A DNA stretch of 64,000 nt, from assembly GCA_964478815.1 (NCBI GenBank), contig CAYZKY010000003.1:23442-87441 (forward strand). The letters run 5' to 3'. Made by a program: the position numbers and the translations under genes. A model generated the notes under the pieces. It saw nothing but the letters and a program-made list of their open reading frames with translations, had not been told where the DNA came from and searched no databases. The stretch comes from an uncultured Verrucomicrobiota bacterium. GTDB taxonomy: Bacteria > Verrucomicrobiota > Verrucomicrobiia > Limisphaerales > SXQI01. Positions 18,090 to 27,800 of the stretch are shown here, in pieces (position 1 is the first letter of the stretch; the number at the start of each line of letters is the position of its first letter).

Positions 18090-19121
18090 CTAACGCTTCC
18101 ACCAGCGCCCCGAGCGCACGGCCGGTTCGGCCGTTTGCTGGCTCCGCAATTGGCTGACCAGCAACTGGCTGCGCGCGGCCTCCAGCGCCATGATGATTTC
18201 GTCGTAGCTCTGGAAGCGCTCCGCCGGATTTTTCGCCATCGCGCGCGTCAGGACGTCGCTCGTCGGCTGCGAAATCTCGGGCACCACTTCGTTCGGCGAA
18301 GTCAGCGGCGTATGGATGTGAGCCGAGACGACGGCCTCCACCGTGGGCGCTTCGAACGGCACATGGCCGGTGATCGCGTGATACAACGTGCCGGCCAGGC
18401 TGTACATATCGGAAAGAAAGTCCTCCCGTTCGCGTTTGATCTTTTCCGGCGCGATGTAATAGGGCGTGCCCCAGACGGTCGTATCGTCGTCGTTGCTCCC
18501 CTCGGCTTTGCGCGCCAGTCCGAAGTCGATCAGCTTGGGCTCGTTTTCGTCGTTATACAGGATGTTCCCCGGCTTGATGTCGCGATGCAGTAAATTCTTC
18601 TTCAGCGCCGAATTGAGCGCGGCCGCCACCTTCACCCCGGCATCGAGCACATCCAGTTCCGGAACGCGCTGCTCCCGCTCGATCCGGCTGTCCAGGCTGC
18701 CGGCATCGGCCAGCTCCATCACGAGGTAGAGCTGCCCCTCGAACTCGTCGAAGGTATAGATATGGATGATGTTCGAGTGGTTCAGCGCGGCGGCGGCGCG
18801 GGCTTCGCGGTAGAAACTCTCAAGCGCCTGCTTGTCGTCGGCCAGCTCGCGTTTCATCAACTTCACGGCCACCTCGCGCTCGAGATTCACATCGAACGAG
18901 CGGTAGACCGTGCCCATGCCGCCCGAGGCGATCTTGGCCCGCAGTTCGAACTGCCGCAACTGCATCGGCATCATCAGCTTGAAGCCGCATTTGCCGCACG
19001 GCGTGGACTCCAGCGGCGCGAGATCGCCCGGAATGAAAATCCGCGCTCCGCATCCCCGGCAGGTCACCATGCGCAGGGGCTTTCGAGTATCGACATTGGC
19101 CGACATTGGCGCCGCCATCAT
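18090..19121 (-). CDS. Hanks-type Ser/Thr protein kinase with an N-terminal zinc-ribbon
   Basis: CRGCG...CGKCG zinc ribbon, then GGMGTVY, AVKLM, HRDIKPGNIL, DFGLA and GTPYYIAPE. The track ORF extends to 19220. I prefer the ATG at 19121 (MMAAPMSANV) because GAGG lies about 6 nt upstream. The start remains uncertain. Confidence 0.85.
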   Translation of the reverse strand: MMAAPMSANVDTRKPLRMVTCRGCGARIFIPGDLAPLESTPCGKCGFKLMMPMQLRQFELRAKIASGGMGTVYRSFDVNLEREVAVKLMKRELADDKQALESFYREARAAAALNHSNIIHIYTFDEFEGQLYLVMELADAGSLDSRIEREQRVPELDVLDAGVKVAAALNSALKKNLLHRDIKPGNILYNDENEPKLIDFGLARKAEGSNDDDTTVWGTPYYIAPEKIKREREDFLSDMYSLAGTLYHAITGHVPFEAPTVEAVVSAHIHTPLTSPNEVVPEISQPTSDVLTRAMAKNPAERFQSYDEIIMALEAARSQLLVSQLRSQQTAEPAVRSGRWWKR

Positions 19122-19282
19122 AACACCTCGCCTCGTTCGGACAAGCACGGCCCCGTTTCGGCGCGCGAATCTGTCGCGGTTTCGATCAACATCGATCCCA
19201 TCACGCTTGTTTTGCCGCATAACTCGTGCCGAACGCCCGATGCTTGCGCCGGTTTTATTTCCATGCTTGCCTTGCCGCGCCG

Positions 19283-19786
19283 ATGCCGCGCCTGTCCAAT
19301 CTCACCGTTACCACCTTGCTCTACTGCTTTAACCGGCAGGACGAAACGCTGCTGCTCCAGCGCACGCGCGAGCCCAACCGCGGCCTCTGGAGCCCCTGCG
19401 GCGGCAAGGTGATGACCGAGATCGGCGAATCTCCGCACGCCGCCGCGGCCCGGGAAGCTCATGAGGAAGCTGGCTTGAGCCTGCAACCTTCAGATCTTCA
19501 TCTGTGCGGCCTCGTCACCGAAACGGGAGACGCCGGCCAGCCGCACTGGCTCATGTTCCTCTTCGAAGTCCGGCATCGCCTGACCACGCTGCCGCCGCCG
19601 CACGAGGAAGGCACTTTCGCCTTTGTCGCGCGCGATGAACTCGCCGCGCTGCCGCTCCCGCGGACGGATCGGGAGCAGCTCTGGCCGCTCTTCTGGAAAT
19701 ATCGCGGCGGTTTTTTTGCGGCGCATTGCCGCAGCCAACCCCAGGGCCAGGACGAATGGACGATCGAGGAGGCCCGCCATGCCTGA
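19283..19786 (+). CDS. NUDIX hydrolase
   Basis: Nudix box GGKVMTEIGESPHAAAAREAHEEAGL. The track ORF starts at a GTG at 19226. The first ATG at 19283 (MPRLSNLTVTTLLYCF) gives a typical Nudix N-terminus. Confidence 0.8.
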   Translation: MPRLSNLTVTTLLYCFNRQDETLLLQRTREPNRGLWSPCGGKVMTEIGESPHAAAAREAHEEAGLSLQPSDLHLCGLVTETGDAGQPHWLMFLFEVRHRLTTLPPPHEEGTFAFVARDELAALPLPRTDREQLWPLFWKYRGGFFAAHCRSQPQGQDEWTIEEARHA

Positions 19787-20300
19787 CGAGCCATTGATCG
19801 ACCTCCAGAGCGACCACTACTTCATGGGCGAGGCCCTCCGGCAAGCCCTGCGCGCCTATGAAGCCGAGGAAGTCCCCATCGGCGCGGTCATCGTGCGGCA
19901 GGGCCGCATCATCGCCCGCGCCTTTAACCAGGTCGAAACCCTCCGCGACGCCACCGCCCATGCGGAGATGCTCGCCATCACCCAGGCCGAGGAAAGCATC
20001 GGCGATTGGCGCCTGACCGACGCCACCCTCTACGTCACCAAAGAGCCCTGCCCCATGTGCGCCGGAGCGATCGTCCATGTGCGGCTGGCGCGCGTGGTAT
20101 TCGGTGCCGGCGACGCCAAGGCCGGAGCGGCCGGCGGCGTCATGAACCTCCTCCAATTTCCCACGCTGAACCATCGCGCCGAAATCACCTCCGGCGTCCG
20201 CCTGGACGAATGCCGCAACCTGCTTCGCACTTTCTTCGCTGAACAACGGGCCAAGAAACCAACCGAAACCCCGCCCAACGGTGATAACCCTCCGCTCTAA
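19779..20300 (+). CDS. tadA: tRNA-specific adenosine deaminase
   Basis: CDA-fold zinc motifs HAEMLAI and PCPMCAGA. The real start is judged to be MPDEPLIDL at 19779, an 8-nt overlap with the Nudix gene. The upstream part of the track ORF (19623) is Arg/Ser-rich and overlaps the Nudix CDS. Confidence 0.9.
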   Translation: MPDEPLIDLQSDHYFMGEALRQALRAYEAEEVPIGAVIVRQGRIIARAFNQVETLRDATAHAEMLAITQAEESIGDWRLTDATLYVTKEPCPMCAGAIVHVRLARVVFGAGDAKAGAAGGVMNLLQFPTLNHRAEITSGVRLDECRNLLRTFFAEQRAKKPTETPPNGDNPPL

Positions 20301-20518
20301 ACGCACTAGATACCGAACGCCAGCCTCTGTTGGCCCGCCTGTTGGAAAAACTCATTGGCAACGATGATGTGGAGCGGGCGGCTTACGAGTCTGGGAGTGT
20401 GTGAATCACTTTGGGTGAAGCGGTCGAGCGAGCGACCTTGCTGGTGGTGGATGGGCTGATCAGGAGTTCTTCCCGCAAGAGCGTTGCGCCGGAAAATCGG
20501 TTCGTTTAGTTTCGCCGC

Positions 20519-21397
20519 ATGATGCAACTGGCGGCGCGCTGGCGCCCGGTGTTTTTCGCGCTGTTCGGCCTCGCGCTGGCGGGATGTATTCCGCTGGATC
20601 GCGGCAGTCTGGAAGGCGAGAAAGATCCGCATTATCTGGATGGCCAGCGCCGTGCCGCCAGCCTCGATTATGATGGCGCCATTCAGTCGTTCGAGAAGGC
20701 GCTGCAGACCAACCCGGGCAACGCCGCGGCGCATCTGGAACTCGGCCTGCTCTACGACGAACGGAAACGCGATCCGGCCACGGCCATCTACCATTACCAG
20801 CGGCACCTGAAGCTGCGCCCGGATTCGCCGATGGCGGACGTGCTCGACCCGAAGATCATGGCCTGCAAACGCGAACTGGCCCAAGGCGTCGCGTTCGTCG
20901 TGGGGCCGAGAGATTTTCAGCGCGATCTGGAGCGGATGACCGCCACCAACCAATTGTTCCAGGCCCGGATTCAGCAACTGGAATCGGAATTGGCGCAACG
21001 GGCCGCCGTGGTTCAGGCCCCGGTGCCGCCCGCGGTCCCCTCCCCCACTCCGCGGGCGGTCGACCCTGCCCCGGCACCGACGGTGGCGCAGAGACCCACC
21101 GAGAGTCGTCCGCCCCCCGCAAATCCTCAGGCGCAGCGCCCTCCCCGGACAAAACCCAATCCGGCTCCGTCGAATAATTCCGGCGATTGGGTGCCCACCT
21201 TCACCACGCCACCCGCGAAATCCGCCCCGAAAGCCCGGTCCGCCGCGCGCGGCTCCTACACGGTCAAAGCGGGCGACACGCTGGTCTCGATCGCGCGCCG
21301 ATACAACGTGACGCCGCAGGCCCTCTCCGCCGCCAACCCATCGATTCGGTCGGGACAGGTTCGCACGGGGCAAACCTTGGCGATCCCCGCGCGGTAA
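20519..21397 (+). CDS. Lipoprotein with TPR-like region, coiled coil, Pro-rich linker and a C-terminal LysM domain
   Basis: Lipobox FGLALAGC. TPR-like segment AIQSFEKALQTNPGNAAAHLELGLLY. C-terminal LysM YTVKAGDTLVSIARRYNVTPQALSAANP...GQTLAIP. Confidence 0.75.
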   Translation: MMQLAARWRPVFFALFGLALAGCIPLDRGSLEGEKDPHYLDGQRRAASLDYDGAIQSFEKALQTNPGNAAAHLELGLLYDERKRDPATAIYHYQRHLKLRPDSPMADVLDPKIMACKRELAQGVAFVVGPRDFQRDLERMTATNQLFQARIQQLESELAQRAAVVQAPVPPAVPSPTPRAVDPAPAPTVAQRPTESRPPPANPQAQRPPRTKPNPAPSNNSGDWVPTFTTPPAKSAPKARSAARGSYTVKAGDTLVSIARRYNVTPQALSAANPSIRSGQVRTGQTLAIPAR

Positions 21398-21494
21398 GCG
21401 GCGACGCCCATCAGTTTTCTGTGCTGCCAGACGCACACTTGTCTTTACATCGTGAATCGAAAATGGTGAGATCGTCCTGACCAAACAAAAATTT

Positions 21495-22295
21495 ATGCGG
21501 ATGGAACGCTTATCCACGAAACCCGGCCTGCGACGCTGGGGCTTTACCTTGATCGAACTGCTGGTGGTGATCGCGATTATCGCCATCCTCGCCGGCATGC
21601 TCCTCCCGGCGCTGGCCAAGGCCAAGCAGAAGGCCGGCGCGACCAAATGCGCCAACAACCTGAAGCAGCTTCAGTTGTGCTGGATCATGTACGCGCATGA
21701 CGAGGACGACCGGCTCGTGCTGAACCATCTCGGCAATTTGAATTCGTGGATCGCGGGCAATGTCGGCGGGCTGCCGGGCGTCACGAACGAGGCGGACATC
21801 AAGAATGCCAAGCTGTTCAAGTATAACGGCACGGTGGATATCTATCGCTGCCCGAACGACCCGGGCTTCAAGCAGGCCAGTCGCATTTACAAGCGAGTGC
21901 GCAATTTCTCGATGAGCGGGCGCATGTCCGGCGGTCCAGAGGCGCAGTTCGTCAATCCGACGCTGAAGTATTTTACCAAGCTTTCGAACATCAACTCTCC
22001 GTCTCCGTCGCAGGCGTTCGTCTTCGTGGATGAAGGCAACGAAAGCATCGATGACGGATTCTTCGCGGTCCGGGCCGACGTGCGGAACAGCGGCTTCTGG
22101 CAAAATACTCCGGGCAGTCGGCACGGGAACAGCTTTCAGGTTTCGTTTGCCGACGGCCACACCGAATATTGGCGCCACCTCGAGCCGACCTCCAATCCGA
22201 AGAATCTCAAGGGCTGGGACAAGACCACCAAGGCAGGTGATCGCGATTTGGAACGCTTCCGTCTTGCGACGCACATTCCGGAAAAGCCGTTCTGA
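21495..22295 (+). CDS. Prepilin-type N-terminal cleavage/methylation domain protein (H-X9-DG / DUF1559-like pseudopilin)
   Basis: N-terminus [32 protein letters not shown]. The C-terminal H-X9-DG motif reads [12 protein letters not shown]. Confidence 0.85.
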   Translation: MRMERLSTKPGLRRWGFTLIELLVVIAIIAILAGMLLPALAKAKQKAGATKCANNLKQLQLCWIMYAHDEDDRLVLNHLGNLNSWIAGNVGGLPGVTNEADIKNAKLFKYNGTVDIYRCPNDPGFKQASRIYKRVRNFSMSGRMSGGPEAQFVNPTLKYFTKLSNINSPSPSQAFVFVDEGNESIDDGFFAVRADVRNSGFWQNTPGSRHGNSFQVSFADGHTEYWRHLEPTSNPKNLKGWDKTTKAGDRDLERFRLATHIPEKPF

Positions 22296-22325
22296 CCGGC
22301 AGCCGCCGATGCAACGCGCGAGCGA

Positions 22326-23837
22326 CTACTCGCGCTGAAAAGTTTCCGCCAAGGCGATGGCTTTCAGCATCGCCTTTGCTTTATTAACGGTCTCCTGAAA
22401 TTCGGCCTCCGGCACCGAGTCGTTGACCCATCCCCCACCCGCTTGGATGTAGGCTTTCCCATCCTTCATCAGGGCCGTGCGGATGGTGATGCAGCAATCA
22501 AGATTGCCGGAGAAGGAGAAGTAGCCGACGCAGCCGCCATAGGGCCCGCGGCTGGTTTGCTCCAGTTCCGCGATGATCTGCATCGCGCGAATCTTCGGCG
22601 CGCCGCTCAGCGTTCCGGCGGGGAAGGTGGCGCGCATCAGATCGTACGGCGTGCGATCTTCCCGGAGGCGTCCCTCGACTTGCGAGACGATATGCATCAC
22701 ATGGCTGTATCGCTCCACGATCATCAAGTCCTTCACCTGCACCGAGCCGTATTCGCAGACCCGGCCAAGATCGTTGCGCGCGAGGTCGACCAGCATGACG
22801 TGTTCAGCCCGCTCCTTCGGATCCGCCAGGAGATCCTCCTGCTGAGCGATATCCTCTTCGGGCGTCTTGCCGCGCGCGCGCGTGCCCGCGATGGGGCGAA
22901 TCTCGACCTTTCGATCCTCGCACCGAACATGGATTTCCGGCGAGGCGCCGACGAGGGAGAAGCCTTCCAGCTCGAGCAGGAACATGTAGGGGGACGGATT
23001 GATCGAACGCGCCGCGCGGTAGACATCAAGCGCCGACGCCTTCACCTCGGTCGAAAACCGCTGGGACCCGACCACCTGGATTATGTCTCCGGCGGTGATG
23101 TACTCCTTCGCTTTCAGGACGTTGGCCAGGAACTTTTCCTTGGGAACGTTCGAGACGAACGGCACCGCCGGGACTTCGTGAGGCACCGTCGCCGGAATCT
23201 GGCTCACCGGCTGTTCGAGGAGCGAGACGAGCCGTTCGATCTCTCCCACCGCATTCTCGTAGGCTTCCGCCGGAGCCACCCCTGCCTCGATGATGGCGTT
23301 CACCAGAATGGTGAGGGTCTGGTTGACGCGGTCGAAGATGAGCAGTTCGTCGGCGATTAAGAAATACATGGCCGGCGTGCCCAGTTCGTCGTGAACCGGC
23401 CGCGGCACCACCGGCTCGACATCATGCACGAACTCGTAGCCGATAAAGCCGACCGCTCCGCCGGTGAAACGCGGCAGACCGGGCACCGCCACCGGTTGGT
23501 ATCGCCGCAAAATTTTCTCGAGGACCGCCAGACCATCCCGCGGGCCGTCTCCGCTGCGGGCGATCTCCACCTGCTCGACGCGGCGGCCGTTCTCGAAATA
23601 TTCGACGCTCGATCCATTCTGCCGGATGACCGCCCGCGGATTGCATCCGACAAAGGAGTACCGGCTGACGTGCTCGCCTCCCTCGACCGACTCGAAGAGA
23701 AACGCCTCTCCCTGGCCGCGAATCTTGCGAAACGCCGAAACGGGAGTTTCCTGGTCGGCGAGCAGCTTGCGGGTCACCGGCACCAGGTTCCCTTGCCTGG
23801 CCAGCTCTAAAAATTCTTCCAAACCGGGCGAGTACAT
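22326..23837 (-). CDS. trpE: Anthranilate synthase component I
   Basis: 503-aa ORF with LFESVEGGEHVSRYSF near the N-terminus and a chorismate-binding C-terminal core (GTLSGAPKIRAMQII, GPYGGCVGYFSFSGNLDCCITIRT). Confidence 0.93.
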   Translation of the reverse strand: MYSPGLEEFLELARQGNLVPVTRKLLADQETPVSAFRKIRGQGEAFLFESVEGGEHVSRYSFVGCNPRAVIRQNGSSVEYFENGRRVEQVEIARSGDGPRDGLAVLEKILRRYQPVAVPGLPRFTGGAVGFIGYEFVHDVEPVVPRPVHDELGTPAMYFLIADELLIFDRVNQTLTILVNAIIEAGVAPAEAYENAVGEIERLVSLLEQPVSQIPATVPHEVPAVPFVSNVPKEKFLANVLKAKEYITAGDIIQVVGSQRFSTEVKASALDVYRAARSINPSPYMFLLELEGFSLVGASPEIHVRCEDRKVEIRPIAGTRARGKTPEEDIAQQEDLLADPKERAEHVMLVDLARNDLGRVCEYGSVQVKDLMIVERYSHVMHIVSQVEGRLREDRTPYDLMRATFPAGTLSGAPKIRAMQIIAELEQTSRGPYGGCVGYFSFSGNLDCCITIRTALMKDGKAYIQAGGGWVNDSVPEAEFQETVNKAKAMLKAIALAETFQRE

Positions 23838-23846
23838 AATCGATAT

Positions 23847-24371
23847 TCAAGGGCGGACCTTCAGCCGCCAGACCGAGAGCGTCGTGTAAAACAGGACGGC
23901 CGTGGCGTAGGTAATCAGCCCCGCGCCAATGCCGAGCGGCACGACATGCCGATGGCTGAACGCCAGCAGCGCCACGCCCACCGCCACGTATAACATCGCC
24001 TGCCCGGCCAGACAAAAAAAGAACAGCGCCGTCGGGGTCTCCAACAGCCGCGCGCGCATCCAATCGCGATAGTCCAATTCACCCATCGAGCGCATCAGCC
24101 AGGCCGACTGGAGATTCCGCGCTCCGACCAACACGCTCGTCGTCGCGATGACGATCGCCGGCAACGGCCAGGCGGCCACGGCTACGCAGAGCACCGCGTT
24201 CAGAACGAGCCCCGCCCGCCAGCCGAGTTTGCGCGCGATCGGATTGGCCTCCAGCAACAGATTCGGCGTGGCCACCCAGGTGCTCAGAAAATCGATGCCG
24301 CGCCCGAAAACGAGGCTGGCCAGGAGCCACCAGTACACCTCGCTCCCCCACGGCACGAATTCTTCGCCCAT
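23847..24371 (-). CDS. Integral membrane protein, function unknown (DUF5658-like?)
   Basis: 174-aa ORF with about 5 hydrophobic helices and an EANP motif. Its start overlaps the hisI stop by 1 nt (TAATG). Confidence 0.6.
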   Translation of the reverse strand: MGEEFVPWGSEVYWWLLASLVFGRGIDFLSTWVATPNLLLEANPIARKLGWRAGLVLNAVLCVAVAAWPLPAIVIATTSVLVGARNLQSAWLMRSMGELDYRDWMRARLLETPTALFFFCLAGQAMLYVAVGVALLAFSHRHVVPLGIGAGLITYATAVLFYTTLSVWRLKVRP

Positions 24372-24766
24372 TATGTCTTGCCGTACAAATCGTTCGGATC
24401 GGCCAGCCGCGGTTCGGTCACCCTGGTCGCGGAGCCGCCCTCGGTGACGGAGCGGAAGAAGCAGCTCTTGTAACCCTCATGGCACGCCGCGCCGGTCTGT
24501 TCCACCTGGATTAAAACCGTGTCCCCGTCGCAATCGAACGACACGTTCTTCACGGCTTGAACATTCCCGCTCGTTTCTCCTTTGATCCAGTATTTCTGGC
24601 GCGAGCGGCTCCAAAAGACCGTTTTTCCCTCCTCGACCGTGCGCCGCACGGCCTCCCGGTTCATCCAGGCCATCATCAGCACCCGGCCGGTCGACTGCTC
24701 CTGGATAATGGCGGGAATCAGCCCATCGCCATTGAACTTTAATTGCTCCAAGAAATTCACCCGCAC
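24371..24766 (-). CDS. hisI: Phosphoribosyl-AMP cyclohydrolase
   Basis: 131-aa ORF with GLIPAIIQE...[11 protein letters not shown]...[17 protein letters not shown]...[27 protein letters not shown]. Confidence 0.92.
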   Translation of the reverse strand: MRVNFLEQLKFNGDGLIPAIIQEQSTGRVLMMAWMNREAVRRTVEEGKTVFWSRSRQKYWIKGETSGNVQAVKNVSFDCDGDTVLIQVEQTGAACHEGYKSCFFRSVTEGGSATRVTEPRLADPNDLYGKT

Positions 24767-24871
24767 ACAATGGCGAAGCTTGCCAAAAGCGCAAATGATT
24801 CTGAATTCGACGTCCCGAGCCGGCCAGGCGGCCCTCCCCCGCCGAAGCAGGAGAGGGTCATCCGCCGGAAA

Positions 24872-27800
24872 TCACAGCTCGACGATCCGGTAGAACCGGC
24901 GGGCCTGGTTGATCGTGTCCGTCGCGGTCGAACTCGCGCCGGTGGCGTTGACCGTCGTCAGAGCCGTCCATGCCGCATCGGCCAGCTCCGCCTTATATTC
25001 GATCCGATAGCTGGTGGCGGCTTCCGAGACCCACGTCATCGTCAATGTCCCATTCGCCGCCGCCACCGCCGAGAAACGCAGTCCGGCCGCCGGCGTGCCG
25101 CCATTGGCGGTGCCGGGCGTGGGGACGGCCAGCGTCTGGATCTCCGCGCCGCCGTTCGGCACCCGGCCCATGCTTTCATCTCCGTCCTGTTCTCCGAATG
25201 TTACGCTGTCGACCAGCGTGCCATTCGGCGCGAAAAGTCCGATCGTATCGCCCTCCGCGCTCAAACGGAACGAGGCGTGCAAGTCGCCGTTGTCGGCAGA
25301 TTCGCTGTCGGCCCAGACGAGCAGATACCCGCCGGCCGGAATGGTCACCCCGTTGGGGATGACGAATTGCCCCGGGCGTTCCAGATCGTCGGTCAGGCTG
25401 TAGCCGCTCAAGTCCACGGCGCCGGCACCGGCGTTGTACAGTTCGAACCAATCGTCGTAATCTCCATCGTCCGGATCGGGAATCGTGCTGACGTTCGACG
25501 CCATCCATTCGTTGATGAACACGGAAACCGGACCCGGCGACGCGTTATTGGCCGCCCCCGGCGTCGCGGTGAAGAAAAGCTGGCGGAGAACCGCCTGCCC
25601 ATCCGGGTACGCTCCATAGGCGCGCGCCGCCGGCAACGCTTCGTAGCTGATGTAGTCGAACACGACCGGCTGGCCGTTTTGGAGGCCAGCCAATCCCACG
25701 CTCCCCGTGCCGGCCGGCAAGCGGAAATTCGCATGCCATTGCGCGGGGGTGCTTTCCCCCGGCTCATTGTCCAGCCACACGACCACGAATTGCCCTGGGG
25801 CGATCGACGCCCCGGCCGGGAACGCCCATTTCGTCGGCTGGGCATAATCGTCGGTCAGGTACATCCCTGTCAGGCTCACCGCCGTCGCTCCCGAGTTATA
25901 GAGCTCCACCCACGGATCGCGATCGCCCGCCGCATCCGCCGGGCCGTTCAGGTTGCTGGCCACCAACTCATTCACCCACAGTCTCGGAAATGGCGTGAAG
26001 CTCGCGCGCACGGAGTTCGCGGCGCCCGGCGTCGCATTCCCAACGTGCATCGCCCAATTCCCAACGCGGGTCGTGTCCTGCGCCGGATCCACGACTTGCA
26101 GGGAGACCGGTGCTCCCAATGGGCCGCTCGGCCACGGAGCCACGCTGTCGTACCGCACCGCGGCGAGGACGGTTTGTCCATCGGCCGAGATGAGGCTCAG
26201 CGTCTCGCCTTCGTCATCCAGCGTGCTGCCGCTAAAGCTGCCGGCGATCGGGATGGTGTAGCCATAGGCTTCTCCAAAAGCCACTGGATCTCCCACGACC
26301 ACGAGGAAACCTCCCGGCACGATCACCGTGCCCGGATCGAACACGAAATCCAGCCCGTTGATCCGATTTCCCGACAAATCAAAAGCGGTGGTGCGCGACG
26401 TATTGTGTAATTCCACAAATTCCGCTCCCGGATTCGATGGATTGTACGCGATTTCGTTGAACACCACTCGCCCGGAGAACGCGTCGGGGTTGCCCGTATA
26501 GTTGACCGAGATGGTGTCCGTGGCTTGGCCCACCGCCTGGCCCGTTTGATCGAAACCTTCCACCCGGAGGAGATTCTGCCCCGGTCGCAGCGCCACGCGA
26601 ATTTCCCAGGCGGTAATGTCCTTCCATGTGATGGGATACTCCACCCCGTTCACCTGGATCGTCTTCACCTGGACGGGCGCATTGCCGGAGAGAACCAGCG
26701 TATTGCGGTTCGTTCCGAAGTTGTTGCCATTATTGATCGTGATGGCGAATCCGGAACCCACGCTCGCGACCTGGGAGAGGATGTACTGGCGCCGATCCGC
26801 GATCCAATCCTTGACCGTATCCGCCGGAGACACCGGCACCCCATTCGCCAGCAAGGCCTGATGCCGGGCATCGATGATCGGATTGACCCGTGAAGGCACG
26901 AACGGCCCGTGGGCGATCTCGTACAAAGCTCTCAGGTACGAGCGCCGGAACTCGATGGTGGCGTTGAACATCCGCTGCGTCACCTTGTCGATCGTGCCGT
27001 CGAAATGGGCCACGTCGAACAGGTCGGCGGTAGTGCCATCGCCCAGCCCGAAGGAAAACGCATTGTCCCAATGCATCAACGTCCATTTGCCCCCGGTCGG
27101 CTTGTAGGCGTACATGTTCTTTCCACGCCGGTAGCCGAAAGCATCCCAATCGCCCGAGGCGTGGCGCAGCGCCATGACCGCCATCCATTGGTCGACGTCG
27201 ATCAACTCCTTCAGCCGGGCCGTGAATTGTTCCTGGTTCGGTGTGTTCGCGGCCTCCACGAGGCGCAGCAGTTCCGAATAATCGTGATGGCTGTCGTTGA
27301 CCGCCCGCTTGCGGAACCACCACCGGTACCGCTCCTGTTTCAGTTCCGGCAATCCCGTCGCCAGATTCGTCGTCGTCAAGGCGATCAACTCCGCGTCCAG
27401 ATTGCCGAACCCGAACGTGTCGTTGTACTCGAACCAGTCTTCGATCTTGTGCAGGACGCCCTCGGCGGCGTTCGGATACCATTGCTCGATGAAATCGCTG
27501 CTCGGTTGTTGTGCATCCTCGAACACCAGCCCCGCGTTCCGGTCAACCCCGTTCAGACTGAGATAGTGGTACCGCCGGTAGTTCGCCGGCTGCCCCATCT
27601 GATCGGCCATCCAGAAGAAGACCTGTTCCCGCACGCCTGTCGAATCGCTGGCAATGTTCGAGGGCAGATTCAACACGAAATCCGTCTGGCCCAGAAAAAG
27701 ATCGTCCTCCGGCGCGATCAAGAGGTAGTTGCAAAAATTCCCCAGCGGCCCGTTATACCCGCCCCAGTGGAATGGGCTGCCGCTGTACAGCGCCCCCGCG

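Noticed and set aside
20301-20518. 218-nt spacer after tadA, examined for a small RNA gene (SRP RNA, 6S or tRNA-like).
   Set aside because: I found no SRP domain IV-like motif, no tRNA T-loop (GGTTCGA-type) and only a 6-bp stem with a ~37-nt loop. The evidence is insufficient to call an RNA.
20306-21658. 450-aa minus-strand ORF spanning the tadA-LysM spacer, the LysM gene and the pseudopilin gene start.
   Set aside because: Arg/Gly-rich low-information sequence that overlaps two well-supported plus-strand genes.
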